From: Sphyrna mokarran
Taxonomy: Eukaryota
DNA: 64,000 nucleotides
Direction of reading: 5' to 3'
Assembly (NCBI GenBank): GCA_024679065.1
Contig: JAGIQG010000013.1
Span: 19,282,001-19,346,000 of the forward strand
Below, in pieces: positions 1-13,132 of this stretch. The notes beneath the pieces were generated by a model that saw nothing but the letters and a program-made list of their open reading frames with translations, was not told the origin of the DNA and did not search any database. Made by a program: the position numbers and the translations under genes. Position 1 is the stretch's first letter; each line of letters begins with the position of its first letter.

Positions 1-282
1 TCTACTATTTTATTTACCAATATTAATCACTTCAAATTCTTTCATTAGCCCATTGATTTCCCAATATATCCGGTATTTTTTTTGTATTTTCTATTCTGAA
101 CACTGATACAAAATATGTGTTTCTGTCTCTGCCATTTCTTTATTCTCCATTATATTTTCTTCTATCTCAGTCTTGAAGACATTTACTACTCTCTTCCTAT
201 TTACTTACTTGTAGAAGCTCAGAAAAACTGGTTTATATTTCTTGCTAGTTTACTTTTCTATTCTGTACATCCCTTATGTCAA

Positions 283-575
283 CACAGTGGCACAGTGATT
301 AGCACTACTGCCTCACAGTGCCAGAGACCTGGGTTCAATTCCTGGGTTGGATCACTGTCTATGTAGAGTCTGCACTTTGTCTGCGTGGGTTTCCTCTGGG
401 TCTTCTAGTTTCCTCCCACAGTCCAAAGATTTGTTGGTTAGATGCATTGGATGTGCTACATTGCCCCATCATGACAAGGGGTTTAGCAGGGTATATATGT
501 GGGGTTATGGGAATAGGACATGAGACGCATTGTCATCACTGATGCAGCCAAAAGGCTTTCTTCTGTATGATAACG
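283..575 (+). mobile_element. tRNA-derived SINE, HE1/V-SINE-like, tail type A
   Basis: Head CAGTGGCACAGTGATTAGCACTACTGCCTCACAG and B-box-like GGGTTCAATTCC. The central GGTTTCCTC...TTTCCTCCCACAGTCCAAAGA domain recurs more than 20 times in the window. Boundaries approximate. Confidence 0.8.
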
Positions 576-1399
576 ATTCTAAGATTCTAGCTATATAATT
601 GGTTTTATGTAAGTTTAACACTAGATTCAGGTTTAAGTACATCACTCTTGAATTAAATGTGAAATTCTATTATTTTATCATGATCACTCTTCCCCAGACG
701 ATCTTTTCATGTGAGACTACTAATTGCCCCAGTCTCAAATATACTCTTAAAGCCAGCCCTTGTAAAACCATTTCTACACAGGCACGTAAAAAGATGTGCT
801 CTGTAGGGCTCTTTAAGAACACAGTAGATTTATTTACAGTTCTCATTTGATCAATTATGGCTATCTGATTATTAATCTAGGTCAAAGATATATAAAATGG
901 CAATGCTACCTTCTGTTATTTCTTTATCTGCATATCTAGAACTAATTGAAAACAAATGCATTCTCTAGGCTATTGTACATGACTTTATTGTGTGCCATAG
1001 TGAACGGAGAGATCAAAATCCAAGTGTGAATTTGGGAAAATTTTGATTTCAAGAGCAACTAAGATGATATTAAAAATCAGAGCCAACTCATATAATGAGT
1101 CCATGTGATACCAGTTGCTTCTCAGAGGCTCAGTTTCGCCTCTGAGAAAGATTAAGAAGAAAGAAAATTGAGAAGGAAGAAAGATTGAGAAGGAAAAATT
1201 CCACTTCTCGCTCACTAGAAATGTTAACAGCTTCTTCCCTGCTGCTGTCAGACTTTCGAATAGAACTACCTTGCATTAAGTGGATCTTTCCCTACAGCCT
1301 AGCTACAACTGTAACACTACATTCTGCACTGTCTCCTTTCGTTCTCTACGAACAGTATGCTTTGTCTTTATAGTGCACAAAAACAATACTTTTCACTGC

Positions 1400-4085
1400 A
1401 AGTGGCAATAGTACATTAAATCAAAAAAATCAAAAACATTAAACATAAAGAGAAAGCATACTATTGCCCAAAGTTGGGTGGCAAGTCAGAAAGTGAAGCA
1501 GAATACAAAATAAACTAATGTGTAAAAGGTTAATATGAGGAACAGCTAGCTAGAAGTATAAAGATAGAGTGTTGAAATTATTTAAAAGAGAAACAAGTTA
1601 TGAAGTGAGCATTGGTCTTATAGAATGTCAGTCTGGGGAATTAATGGAAAATGAGGAGATGGCAGATGACAGACTGGAACAGGTATTTTGCACCAGCCTT
1701 CACTGTGGAAGAAAGAAGTAACATCCCAGAATTAGCTGCAAATCAGGAATTGGAAGGGGGTGAGGAAATTAGGAAAATCACAATCACCAGGGAAGCAGTA
1801 CTTAGAAAATTACAGGGTCTGTGGGCTGACAAGTCCCTGGGTCCTGCACTCTATCCCCGTGCATTTCTAAAGGGCATTTTGTTTCTCCCAGGTCACAAGA
1901 TGCAAAGCTGAACAGTCTTCCATGGCCCATTGAGATCTCCCATTACAGGCGAGCAATTCTGACAATTGGTTTTGAACTGTCGGGCAGCTTCCCCCCTTTG
2001 TACTCACACCACTGCCTGAGTATGGGTACTAATCACCCTGCAGTCATCCCCCCCTGAGTGTGAGACCCTGGAGGCACGAGGAGAGACACAGCCCAGTCCT
2101 GAATTCCCCCACTCTGCCCTGACAGCTCGGCCTCCCACATGACCCCACCTGATAAACTCCCCGCACCCCCTGCCCCATTGTGAGCCTCTTGTTTTCAAGT
2201 GCTCCAGCCAGCCCCCATGAAGAAAGGACACTCCCTCAGCTACGATATGGACAGAAACCTGGGAAATCTTCCTGTTTACCAGCCTTCACTTCCCCTTTAA
2301 AGCTAGGGGCACCCTAGCTAAAGGGAAGGTAAGATCTCCAAGTAAGTCCTCTCAACCCATCTCCTTGAGATGGTAATTCTGGGACCCCCAGCCCCATATT
2401 GAACTTATCTGTGTTCCCAGTGACCTCTCCGGTGCTCCCTGAGCAGTGCACACCACGGAGGGTGCTGGCTGCCTGGGCACTCATCTCTGAAGCTTCCCCA
2501 GATTCACACTAATATAAACCTGTTGTAAATGATGCCAGAATGAGGTCACACCACCACTTATTGAATATCTGGTAACGGGGGCAAGTCTCAGAGACAGTGT
2601 TCGCAAATGGCACGCTTGTGCATCAAAATAAGCATTCATTGGTCCTGTGGCATGTTACTCTGTTTACTCCCCCAGTGAGGGGGTTGGAAAATCAGAATTC
2701 AGAAACTTGCTGGCGCGAATCTTGTTTCTCGAGTCTCTCAGGATTTTGAGCACGCACCACAATTCCTGCAAACAGAGAGTGCGGGCTCAAAATCAGTCCA
2801 TTAGAACAGGACATTTAGATAAATTCAAGATAATCAGGCAGAGTCAACATGGTTTTGTGAAATGGAAATCATGTTTAACCAATTTCTTGGAGTTCTTTCA
2901 AGGAACAACATGCGCTGTGGATAAAGTGGAGCCTGTTCAAAAAAACATTTGATAAGGTTCCACATCAAAGGTTATTGTGGAAAATAAAACTCATGGTGTA
3001 AGAGGTAACATATGGGAATGGATTGAAAACTGGCTAGCTAACAAGAAACAGGGAGTAGGCATAAATGGGTAATATTCTGCTTTCAACATGTAATGAATTG
3101 TGTGCCATAGTGGTCTGTGCTGGGGCTTCAACTTTTTACAATCTATATAATTAATTTAGGTGAAGAGAGGGAAAGGATGTTTGGTATTTTTGCTAATGAA
3201 ACAAAGATAGGTAAGAAAGTATGCTATGAAGAGAACATTTAGAAGCTACAAGGGGATATCAATAGTTTGAATAAATGAGTGGACAAATATCTGAGTATAA
3301 TGTGGAAAAATGCAAAATTGTTCATTTTGGTAGAATATATAAAAAAGAAGCATATTATTTAAATGGTGAGAGATTGCAAAACTCTGAGATGCAGAAGAAT
3401 CTGGATGTTCTAGTGTATGAATCACTAAGGATTAATTTGCACATATAACAAGTAATTCAGCTAATAATCATTTGTTGTGAGGGGTTAGAATACAACAGCA
3501 GAGGGGTTATGTTTCAATTATACAGGTCATTGATGAGACCACATCCAGAGTAGTGCATACAATATTGGTCTTCTTATTTAAACAAAGATGTAAGTGTTTG
3601 AAAGCAGTTCAGGGAAGGTTACCAGGCTAATATCTGGAATAGGCAGGTTGCTTTATGGGGAAAGTTTGGACAGACAAGGCTTGTATCTATTAGTGTTTAG
3701 AAGAATAGAAGGTGACTTCATTAAAAAATGTAAAATCCTGAGGCTTCTTGAGAGGGTGGATGTGGAGAGGATGTTTCTTTAGTGGGAGAATCTAGGACTA
3801 GGGTCTAGAATTAAGGGGTCACCCATTTAGATCAGAGAAGAAGAGTATTTGTTTCTCTGAGGGTCACGGGTTTTCAGAACTTTGTTTCTCAAAAGAAGGT
3901 AGAAGCAGTCTTTGAACATTTTTAAGAGCTAGGTAGATTCTTGGTAAGCAAGGGGGTGAAAGGTTATCAGGGATTGATGGGAATGTTGAGACTGCAATCA
4001 GATCAACCATGATCTTGTTGAATAGCAGAGCAGGCTTGAGGGTTGAGTGCCTACTCCTACTCATTGTTCGTATGTCCTTATGCTT
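1400..4085 (+). mobile_element. Old degenerate CR1-clade LINE (RT to 3' end), interrupted at about 1860-2800 by another element
   Basis: Fragmented ORFs with CR1 ORF2 motifs (NRYFAPAFTVE, DKSLGP, SQHGFVKWKSCLTNFLEFF, LESRTRG-like) and many stops and frameshifts. Confidence 0.8.
1860..2800. mobile_element. GC-rich putative non-autonomous DNA transposon nested in CR1
   Basis: Interrupts CR1 homology. Shares the 22-mer AAAGGGCATTTTGTTTCTCCCA (1869-1890) with 22026-22047. Ends in ...AAAATCAGTCC, like other GGxxGxATT...AATxCxxCC-bounded elements in the window. Confidence 0.4.
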
Positions 4086-5149
4086 GTGTGAAGAAAACAA
4101 AGTCCTACAGCTGTGAAGAAGAAATGTCCTACTGGAGATTTATAAGATGATAAATGTGAACAGAACTTCAAAGTTAAACTGGAACGGTATGACAATTGGG
4201 ATAACAACTTCAAACTGGCAAAAGAGAAACCTAGGGATCATGTTAATAATTATTCAATGGATATCGATTTGTAAGAGGCTGACCAGCAGAGACTGCACAC
4301 CAGTGACCTCTGCTGTGATCTAAAGGCACAGGTTCCATTTGAATCCGACTGGTGAGTTGGGGCTTAGCTGCAATGAATGAAAAATGAGACAGAACCTTGC
4401 TTATGACTGCAGTCAGGAACCCAGGCCCAGACAGGGGCAAAATCTACAATGGGTGGCATGCTGTACCAGAAATCCCATTGATCTGAACATTGAGCTGCTC
4501 AGACAGTACCTTCACTGAGCTGGCTAGTATTGTATTGAGTTCAGCAATACACTCCCGAGTATGGTTCCAAAGTTAATTTATGACCCTCTGTTCTATGCTG
4601 CAGACCTTTAAGAAGCTGTGACACAAGCCCACATCACCAGCTGGGCAGCAAGAAATAGGGGAGGAGTAGGAGAAGGATCGGCTGAAGGGCAGAATTGACT
4701 ACCAGTGATAATGGAACGCAATAGATCATTTTAATATGGGTCTGATTCTTGCGCTGGTCAGGCCTGCATGGTTGATGGGCTCAGGAGTGGATGCAATATG
4801 TGCCTCCTGGCTGTGATCAGACCCTGACTGCAGTTACACATTGGCTAGCCAATTGCTGAGAAAGGCTCAATGCTACCGAGAGGGGGAGAGAATGGGCTCT
4901 GAGAGGAGCGAGGGGGTGGGTAGGCACTTCTGATGTGCTTGCTAAAGGCAGGCAGCTGCTGCAGAACTGCCTCAGGGAGCTGCAGTCCTGTAAACATTAA
5001 CTGAGAGGGGAGAATACAACACACTGTGTCAATGCAACACATTCAAACACCCGACAGCAGGACTCAAAAAACCCTCTCAGCCCCAGACGTCATTTTTTCA
5101 TTATATTTACCTTGCACGTTTCACCCAGCCCTGGATTGGAGTTGTAAAA

Positions 5150-5330
5150 AGTAAAGTAAAAGTAAAGTTTATTTATTAGTGTCACAAGTAGGCTTATATT
5201 AACGCTGCAATGAAAGTACTTGAAAAATCCCCCAGTTGCCAGACTCCAATGCCTGTTCAGATAACACTGAGGGAGAATTTAGCGTGGGCACACATCTTTC
5301 AGAGTGTGGGAGGAAAGTGGGGCACCCAAT
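5150..5330 (-). mobile_element. V-SINE fragment, tail type B
   Basis: AAAGTTTATTTATTAG...CACAAGTAGGCTTA...CTGCAATGAA tail shared with copies at 15240, 35920, 39745 and 63820. Confidence 0.75.
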
Positions 5331-5639
5331 TAGGAGCTGGATTTTAAACCAGATTTTGCTTCCAACTGGAATCTGTCTCAGAGGGCTGGATTCTGTTGTG
5401 GCTGCAATGATTCCACTGCTGGAGCTGACAGTGATTGGTGGGGAAATGGTTGCCGCTGGAGCTGCCATCCACGGTAAGGACATTAATCCAATCCCAGGAT
5501 TTGTCAAACATTCACAGGGCCAGCAGCCTTAGCAGCAACACTGGGAGTGCTGGCCATGGCTGACGCTGGACCTGGAAAGGAAGAATGCATTGATGGCCCT
5601 CACAACTGGACAAGTGAGTTCTTCTGACAGTAGCTGCTG

Positions 5640-6002
5640 ATGATGGTGTAGTGGCATTGTCACTAGACTAGTAACCCAAAGACCCAGGGTAATTCTGTCA
5701 GGGACCTGGGTTCAAATCCTAACACAGCAGATGGCAAAATTTGAATTTAATTTAAAAAAATCTGGAATTAAGAGTCTAGTGATAACACTTAACTATTGTC
5801 ATAAAAACGTATCTGGTTCACCAATGTCTTTTTGAGAAGGAAATCTGCCAGTCTCACCTGGTCTGGCTCGCAGGTGATTCCAGAGCCACAATTTTAAAAA
5901 AAATACCCCCTGAAATGGTCCAACAAGCCAATCAGTTCAAAGATCATTAGGGTTAGGCAATAAACGTGGGCCCTCTGACATCCACACCCTATGAATAAAA
6001 AA
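5640..6002 (+). mobile_element. Second tRNA-derived SINE family
   Basis: GGTGTAGTGG...CTAGTAA.CCA.AG...GGGTTCAAATCC head, GGAAATCTGCC...CCTGGTCTGG core and GGCAATAAA tail. Homologous to 15890-16180, 19760-20040 and 56400-56660. Confidence 0.7.
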
Positions 6003-6070
6003 GTATGAGTCTGATTGAATATAGCAGCACCCACACAGTGATGTAACAGAACACATGATCCACACCTAAG

Positions 6071-6240
6071 TGTTATTGGCTAGAGCTATGTGTACAAGCA
6101 AGTTTGGAGACAGCTTCTAGTTTGGACCTTTTACTTTTTATATATGTACCTAGTTCTTACAGTTAATAAATGCATACAGATAATATACATACAACTATGA
6201 AGACTTCATTAAGAACTTTTGAATGATAACATGGTGGCAG
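6071..6240 (+). mobile_element. Possible LTR remnant followed by a PBS-like sequence
   Basis: TGTTAT (6071) ... ATAACA (6231) inverted termini with internal TATATA and AATAAA, followed directly by TGGTGGCAG (Gypsy-like PBS start). No second LTR is seen. Confidence 0.25.
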
Positions 6241-8084
6241 GGAATACTTGAAATTAAAGACTATGACAGTTAATATACTTAAGACTTTCAAGACTTTGTC
6301 AAGACCTACTGAAAATAACCATCCGCCTATATCAATTCACTTGTCACGATGGTTTCTTTAGCCTTCTCACCACTTGATTTAGCTTGATGGGGAAGCTTTT
6401 ACTCTGTTTTAAGGGGGTGCAATCTTAAAAATTAACCCCTAGCAAGTTTTTATTCAGCGACAGAGGATATCTTCAAAATTATGCCATTGAATTGGTTCAG
6501 TGATGCATTTTGATGTGCTTTACATCTTCGTGCTCCCCTTACAAAGAGAGAAAGAGAGGTTTGCTAAATAATTTATCTTGAAGCTGGTGTGAGACTGGTG
6601 ATATGATGTGCCGAATGAAAATAGTTTTCCGAGCATCAAGAAGTGTAAATAACAGCTATTGCCATAATGAAGTAAGAAAACATTGAAAAAAAATGGTTGT
6701 GTAACAAAACTTAATGACACCTGCATAGATAAGGATATATAGAAAACCAGGACTCAAATGATACAGGAAACAGAGAGAAAAAAAATGCAAGATAGTGTTC
6801 TTATCGTGGTCAAATGATAATACAGGACCGATTGATCTGTTGCTAATGTGACCTTATTCTGACAAGCAAATGAGGCCACAGAGTAAAATGGGACATTCAG
6901 TTTCAGTTAGGATCTTACTTTCTTGCTAAGTTACTTGGTAGATCTTCTAAAAGCTGATCCTGGCAGTGTCTGGTTCCTGTTGCAGTATCAGTATTTTGGG
7001 GTCTTGTCACAAAAATGTGCCCTTCGTCAAATTCTGATCCTTAATCCATTGGCTGGAAACCCACATTGAACTTTTTAGACATGAGAGACTGAAGGAGACT
7101 TGAGAACTTATCCAAAAATGGCAAGCTAATTTGCCTCATTGTGCCTTCCACATTCCAATCCATTTAGTACACCATGGCAGAATCTTCCGGTCCTGCCACC
7201 AATGGCAATCACGGCAGGCACTGAAATTAGATGGTTTGAATTTTTTTCTTCCAATTTCTAAGGTGGCTAAAAGGCAGGTTAACTTCTTGATAAGGATGTC
7301 CAGATCCCCATTTGCTTGCAATAGCATCAAAAGACCACCCGGCTGGAATTACACCCATTCTCCCAGTTACATGCCCTGTCAGTAAGAATTTACAACATCC
7401 ACATTTAGGACTCTAAGTGACCTGCTTCACCTCTACCTCAAATCTAAGGTCAGTGAGTGTTGCTTTTACCCTCTTGTGGACCTCACATCACTCATAGGGA
7501 GTGACAGTATCAGAAAGTGTGCCAGAGCTGGAACCAGGGGCTGAGAGTGTTCTGGAGAGCAGGGTGTGTTGTTGATAGTAGTGTGCTTGTGGGGGGTGAA
7601 TTCAGGATACTGGTGATAGGAAGGAACAGTCACAGTTAGAGGAGGCAGTGGGATGCAGTACGTCCAGGGTTTGGTGGGTGAAAATCTCAGGGGAGGGTTG
7701 GGGATGTCACAGAGACAGGACCAGACAAGTAGCTCAGATAACAGGAGGAGCAGGGTCAGAGTGAGCATGGGGATAGTAATGGGTACCAGGCTCGAAGAAG
7801 GGAAGGAACAAAGAAAGAACAAAGAACAAAACAGCGTGGGAAACAGGCCCTTCGGCCCAATTGTAATGGATAACAAGGGAGGTCAACGGGTGATAGAGAG
7901 GAGCAGAATGGTGGCATTTGGTGAGTGGAGGGTGAGGTAAGGAGTGGTTGGTAGGTGACAGGGGAGGTAAAACTTGGTGGAGTAAGTCTGCAGTGTGACA
8001 CAAAGCATTTTACAAATGTCACCTTCATGACAGAGTTAGTCATTGAGTGAGATCCCTTGAATGAGGGGGAGGGTCTTTTAGGAT

Positions 8085-9190
8085 GAATAGAGTCAGCACA
8101 AATGGCTAACTATAAATGTGAAAAAAACTATAAATTTGGATAAATGGGATGGCACGGTGGCATAGTATTAGCACTACTACCTCACAGTGCCAGGGACACG
8201 GCTTTGATTCCTGGCTTGGGTCACTGTCTGTGTGGAGTTTGCACATTCTCCCCATGCCTGCATGGATTTCCTCCAGGTGCTCTGGTTTCCTCCCACAGTT
8301 TGAAAGACATGTTGGTTAGATACATTGACCCAAACAGGTACCAGAGGGTGGCGACTAGGGGAATGTCACAGTAACTTCATTGCAGTGTTAATGTAAGCCT
8401 TACTTGTCATTATTAAATGAACTTTGAAACTTTATAAAAGTGACATTATTCATTTTGGAGGCAAAAATAAGAAGGCAGATTACTAGCTGAGTGGCTGTAA
8501 ATTGGGAGAGAGGAGTGTGCAGTGGAACCTGCGTGTCCTTGTGCACCAATCACTGAAGGTAAGCATGTAGAAGGTAGAGAAGGCAAATGATATGTTGGCC
8601 TTTTTAGCAAATGGTTTCAAGGAACAGGGATGTGTTGTTGCAATTATACAGCGCCTTGGTGAGGCCACATCTAGAATATTGTGTGTAGTTCTGGTCTCCT
8701 TTTCTAAGGAAAGATGTTCTTGCTGTTGAGGGAATGCAGTGAAGATTTACAGGGCTGATTCTGGGGACGGTGGAACTGATGCATAAGGAGAGATTGATGA
8801 GGTTGGGATTGTTTTCGCTGGAATCTAGACAAATGAGTGGGGAGGATCTCATAGAGACGTATAAAATTCTAACAGGAATAGACAGGGTAGATGCAGGGAT
8901 AAAGGGAATGAAAAGATACCAAGATTTCAGATCAACAGATTTTACAGCAAGGACAGAGCTACCAACAGGAGGGTATTCCCGATGGTGCGGGAGTCCAGAG
9001 CCAGGGGACCACAGTCTGAGGATTTGGGGTAGGCCATTTAGAATGGAAGTGAGGAAACATTTCTTCACCCAAAGAATAGTGAGCCTGTGGAATTCATTAC
9101 CACAGGAAGTAGTTGATGCCAAAACATTGAATATATTCAAGAGGTGGCTGGATGTAACACTTGAGGTGAATGGAATCAAAAGTTATGATT
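8085..9190 (+). mobile_element. Degenerate CR1 3' fragment interrupted by a SINE
   Basis: ORF 8770-9213 has RLGLFSLESR...EDLIETYKIL...FFTQRIVSLWNSLPQEVV, the CR1 ORF2 C-terminus. Confidence 0.8.
8148..8430 (+). mobile_element. V-SINE, tail type B, nested in CR1
   Basis: GGCACGGTGGCATAGT head, V-domain core and ...AATGTAAGCCTTACTTGT tail. Confidence 0.8.
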
Positions 9191-9416
9191 TGATAACTTT
9201 TATCAAATCATGATAAATGATTATGATTTATCATAATCATATGATATTGATTATGATAATAATCATAATTATTATCATAATAGTGATATTATTATGATAA
9301 TATATAATAATTATCATATATTAATAATTATTAATTATTAATAATAATTAATAATTAATAATTATTATTTAATAATTATTATTAATTATAATTATTATAA
9401 TTATTATAATTATAAT
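9183..9416. repeat. Extremely AT-rich low-complexity tract ((AAT/TAT)n-like)
   Basis: About 230 nt made almost entirely of A/T, built from TTATAA, ATAATT and TCATGA-type units. Confidence 0.9.
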
Positions 9417-9724
9417 GGATGAGAAACCTGTTCAAATAATGTATGAGGTTTAAGAAAGACAAACAACAAAGAGCGGTGAACAGAATATTAATGCCCAAAT
9501 TAACCTTTCAATGTTGTCGAAACATTGTGGAGAATCAAGAATTACCAAATGAGTTGAATTAATTCTTTAACAATAAAAACTAGATAAAATTCATCTCAGA
9601 AAACTAAAATTTGTTGAGGATCAGTGAAGCATTGTAAGATGAAGCTCAAGAAAGTCTTCAGGATATCTGGATTGGAGATGCAACCTTCTGGAAAAGGAGT
9701 GAGAAAGCACACAGTGCAATGGAA

Positions 9725-12070
9725 ATAGAACATAGAACATAGAACATTACAGCACAGAACAGGCCCTTCGGCCTTCGATGTTGCACCGACCAAAATAAAA
9801 AGCAATGCCCCTCCAAACTAAACCATTCCCTTCTCTTCCATATACTTATCAATTAACCTCTTAAACGCCACCAAACTTGGCGCATCTACAACAGCTGCAG
9901 GCAGGGCATTCCACTCCCTAATCACTCTTTGAGTAAAGAACCTACCTCTGATATCCGTCCTATAACTCATACCCCTTAATTTAAAGCTGTGTCCCCTCGT
10001 GCTAGCTTTCTCCATCCTAGGAAAAAGGCTATCACTGTCCACCCTATCTAAACCTCTAATCATCTTATATGCTTCAATAAGATCCCCTCTTAGCCGCCTC
10101 CTTTCTAACGAAAACAACCTCAAATCCCTCAACCTCTCTTCATAAGACCTGCCCTCCATACCAGGCAACATCCTGGTAAACCTCCTCTGTACCCTCTCCA
10201 ATGCCTCCACATCTTTCTTATAATGTGGGGACCAGAACTGCACACAATACTCCAAGTGCGGCCGCACTAGAGTTTTGTACAGTTGCAACATGATGCTGCG
10301 GCTCCTAAATTCAATCCCCCTACCAATAAAAGCTAAGACTCCATATGCCTTCTTAACAACTTTATCCACTTGACTGCCTACTTTCAGGGATCTATTGACA
10401 CATACATCAAGATCCTTCTGTTCCTCAACACTATTAAGAGCCCTACCATTAGCCCTATACTCTACACATTTATTGTTCCTGCCAAAGTGCATTACCTCAC
10501 ACTTTTCCACATTAAACTCCATTTGCCACCTCTCGGCCCAGCTCTGCAACTTGTCCAAGTCACTCTGTAAACTATAACACCCCTCTTCACTATCTACCAC
10601 TCCACCGACTTTAGTGTCATCTGCAAATTTACTGATCCATCCCTCATCCAGATCATTTATAAAAATTACAAACAGCAGGGGCCCCAAAACAGACCCCTGA
10701 GGCACACCACTCGTCACCGAACTCCACGATGAATATCTCCCATCAACCACCACCCTCTGTCTTCTATCTGCCAGCCAATTCCTAATCCAATTAGCTAAAT
10801 CACCCTCTATTCCACACATCTGCATTTTCTGTAGAAGTCTTCCATGGGCCACCTTATCAAACGCCTTACTAAAGTCCATATATACTACATCAACCGCCTT
10901 ACCCCCATCCACCTCTCTGGTCACTTTCTCAAAAAACTCAATGAGGTTAGTAAGGCATGACCTACCCTTCACGAAACCATGCTGACTATCCCCAATCAAT
11001 TCATTTCTCTCTAAATAACTATAAATCCTATCCCTAATAATTCTCTCCAATACCTTGCCCACAACAGAAGTAAGACTCACTGGCCTATAATTCCCTGGAA
11101 GGTCTCTCTTCCCCTTCTTAAACAATGGGACCACATTCGCTATCCTCCAGTCCTCCGGAACCACACCCGTAACCAACGAGGACCTGAAGATCAGAGCCAG
11201 AGGCTCTGCAATCTCCTCTCTTGCCTCCCAGAGAATCCTAGGGTAAATCCCGTCCGGCCCAGGGGACTTATCCAACTTCAAACCCTCGAGAATTTCTAGC
11301 ACATCCTCCCTATCTACTACAATACTTCCCAATTTGCAACCCTGTACCTCAGTGTTCTCCATAGCTACATTTCCAGCACTCTGCGTGAATACCGAAGAGA
11401 AATATTTATTCAGTGCCTCACCAATCTCTTCAGGCTCCACGCACAACTTCCCACTGCTGTCTATGACTGGCCCTAATCTTGCCCTAACCAATCTTCTATT
11501 CTTAACATATCGAAAGAAAGCTTTAGGATTCTCCTTAATCCTATCAGCCAACATCTTCTCGTGTCCCCTCTTAGCTCTCCTCAATTCACTTTTTAGCTCC
11601 TTCCTGGCTAATCTATAGCTATCCATTGCACTAACTGAGCCTTCAAGCCTCATCCTGACATAAGCCTCCTTTTTCTTCTTAACCAGCAAATCAACTTTTT
11701 TCGTACACCAAGGCTCTCTTACTCGACCATTTCCTCCCTGCCTGACAGGGACATACTTATCAAGGACTCGCAGCAGCTGCTCCTTGAATAAGCACCACAT
11801 TCCAGATGTTCCCAGTCCCTGTAGTTTCCTAGTCCAATCTATGCACCCTAATTCTCTCCTGATGGCCTCATAATTACCCTTCCCCCAGCTATAACTACTG
11901 CCCCCAGCTTCATGCCTATCCCTGTCCATCACTAAGGTGAACGTAACAGAATTGTGGTCACTATCACCAAAATGTTCACTAACTTCCAAGCCTAACACCT
12001 GGTCTGGCTCATTGCCCAGCACCAAATCCAATGTAGCCTCACCTCTAGAATGCAATGTAGCCTCACCTCT
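9725..12070 (-). mobile_element. Young 5'-truncated CR1 LINE with an uninterrupted ORF2 (end of endonuclease, RT, C-terminus)
   Basis: ORF 9818-12133 has SDHNSV (APE end), KSPGPDG, NYRPVSLTS, DFSKAFD, GVPQGSVLGP and KFADD, plus a (TTCTATG)n 3' tail. About the first 20 aa of the ORF are flank read-through. Confidence 0.95.
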
Positions 12071-12129
12071 GGTGTTTATAAAAAATTCATAAACACCATG
12101 ATTATGCTCGAGAACAGAAAAATAGCAAA

Positions 12130-12460
12130 TCATAGAATCACCATAGTGCAGAAGGAGGCCATTCAGCCCATTGAGTCTGCACTGATCATAATCCTACCCT
12201 AGGACATCTCAACACAACCCCATACATTTACCCCACTAATCCCTCCATCCTACTCATCCCAGGACACTATGGGCAATTCAGCACGGCCAATCAACCTAAC
12301 TTGCATGTCTCTGGACTGTGGAAGGAAACCAGAGAACCCAGAGGAAACCCATGCAGACATGGGGAGAATGTACAAACTTCACACATTCAGTGACTCAAGC
12401 TGGGAATCAAACCCAGGTCTCTGGATCTGTGAAGCAGCAGTGCTAAGCACTGTGCTACCA
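12130..12460 (-). mobile_element. V-SINE, tail type A
   Basis: CATAGAATC...GTGCAGAAGGAGGCCATTC tail to GCAGTGCTAAGCACTGTGC head. Confidence 0.8.
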
Positions 12461-12599
12461 ATGTGACATGTATTAGATTACAAATGAATGAAGGCACCAT
12501 TTAGATTAATTTAATCATGGAACCAACAACAATCCAGTGAGCCAAATGCCTCGTCCTGTGTTGTAACTTGCAATGCTCAATAAAGCCATAAAGTGAAAG

Positions 12600-12870
12600 C
12601 TAAATAAAGAACAAGGAACAGGACAGCACAAGAACAGGCCCTTTGGCCCTCTAAGCCTGCACAGATAGTGATGTTTGCCTAAACTAAAACCATATGCACT
12701 TAACATATCCTTCCATTCCCATCTTATTCATGTATTGGTCTAGTTGCCCCTTAAATGCTGCTATCTCATACCTGCTCTCACCATCTCCCTGGGCAGCGCG
12801 TTCCAGACATTCACCACTCTCTGTGTAAAAAACACTTGCCTCGTACATCCCCTCTAAATTTTTCTCCATG
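12600..12870 (-). mobile_element. CR1 3'-end fragment
   Basis: GCGCGTTCCAGACATTCACCACTCTCTGTGTAAAAAA (FFTQRVVNVWNAL) and a GGCCCTTTGGCCC tail hairpin. Confidence 0.75.
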
Positions 12871-13014
12871 CCCCAAATACGATTATGTTACACTACTGTA
12901 GCCCGTCAATTGAATTTCATTCAATTTAATATTAGTTTTATTGTTGAAACGAGATTTAATACTGAACTTTGCAGTAGTCAAAAATTATCTTGTTGAAGAC
13001 AAAGATTTTTTATT

Positions 13015-13132
13015 AACCACATTGTTTAGTTGCAAGCCTCGTATCACCTTACATCACATATATCTCCAAAAGAGGAAGCGTTGGCAGTAGTTACTGAGAG
13101 TTACTCTCTGTTTTGTCCATCCTTAACTTCAG
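13015..13132 (+). promoter_or_regulatory. Putative promoter and non-coding first exon of the IgSF receptor gene
   Basis: RUNX site AACCACA (13015-13021), PU.1/ETS-like AAAAGAGGAAGCG (13068-13080) and a perfect donor CAG|GTAAGT at 13132/13133, in repeat-free DNA. The leader exon at 20130 starts with an acceptor, so an upstream exon is required. Confidence 0.55.

Noticed and set aside
283-360. tRNA-like A/B boxes in SINE heads as tRNA genes
   Set aside because: They continue into SINE core and tail and are degenerate, with no full cloverleaf.
7130-8080. Cluster of 60-136 aa ORFs on both strands
   Set aside because: Purine-skewed, repeat-like sequence containing a retroposon tail fragment. No recognisable protein motifs or splice structure.
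9818-12133. 771-aa ORF as a host or domesticated gene
   Set aside because: It is 5'-truncated CR1 ORF2 with a LINE tail and near-identical copies elsewhere in the window.
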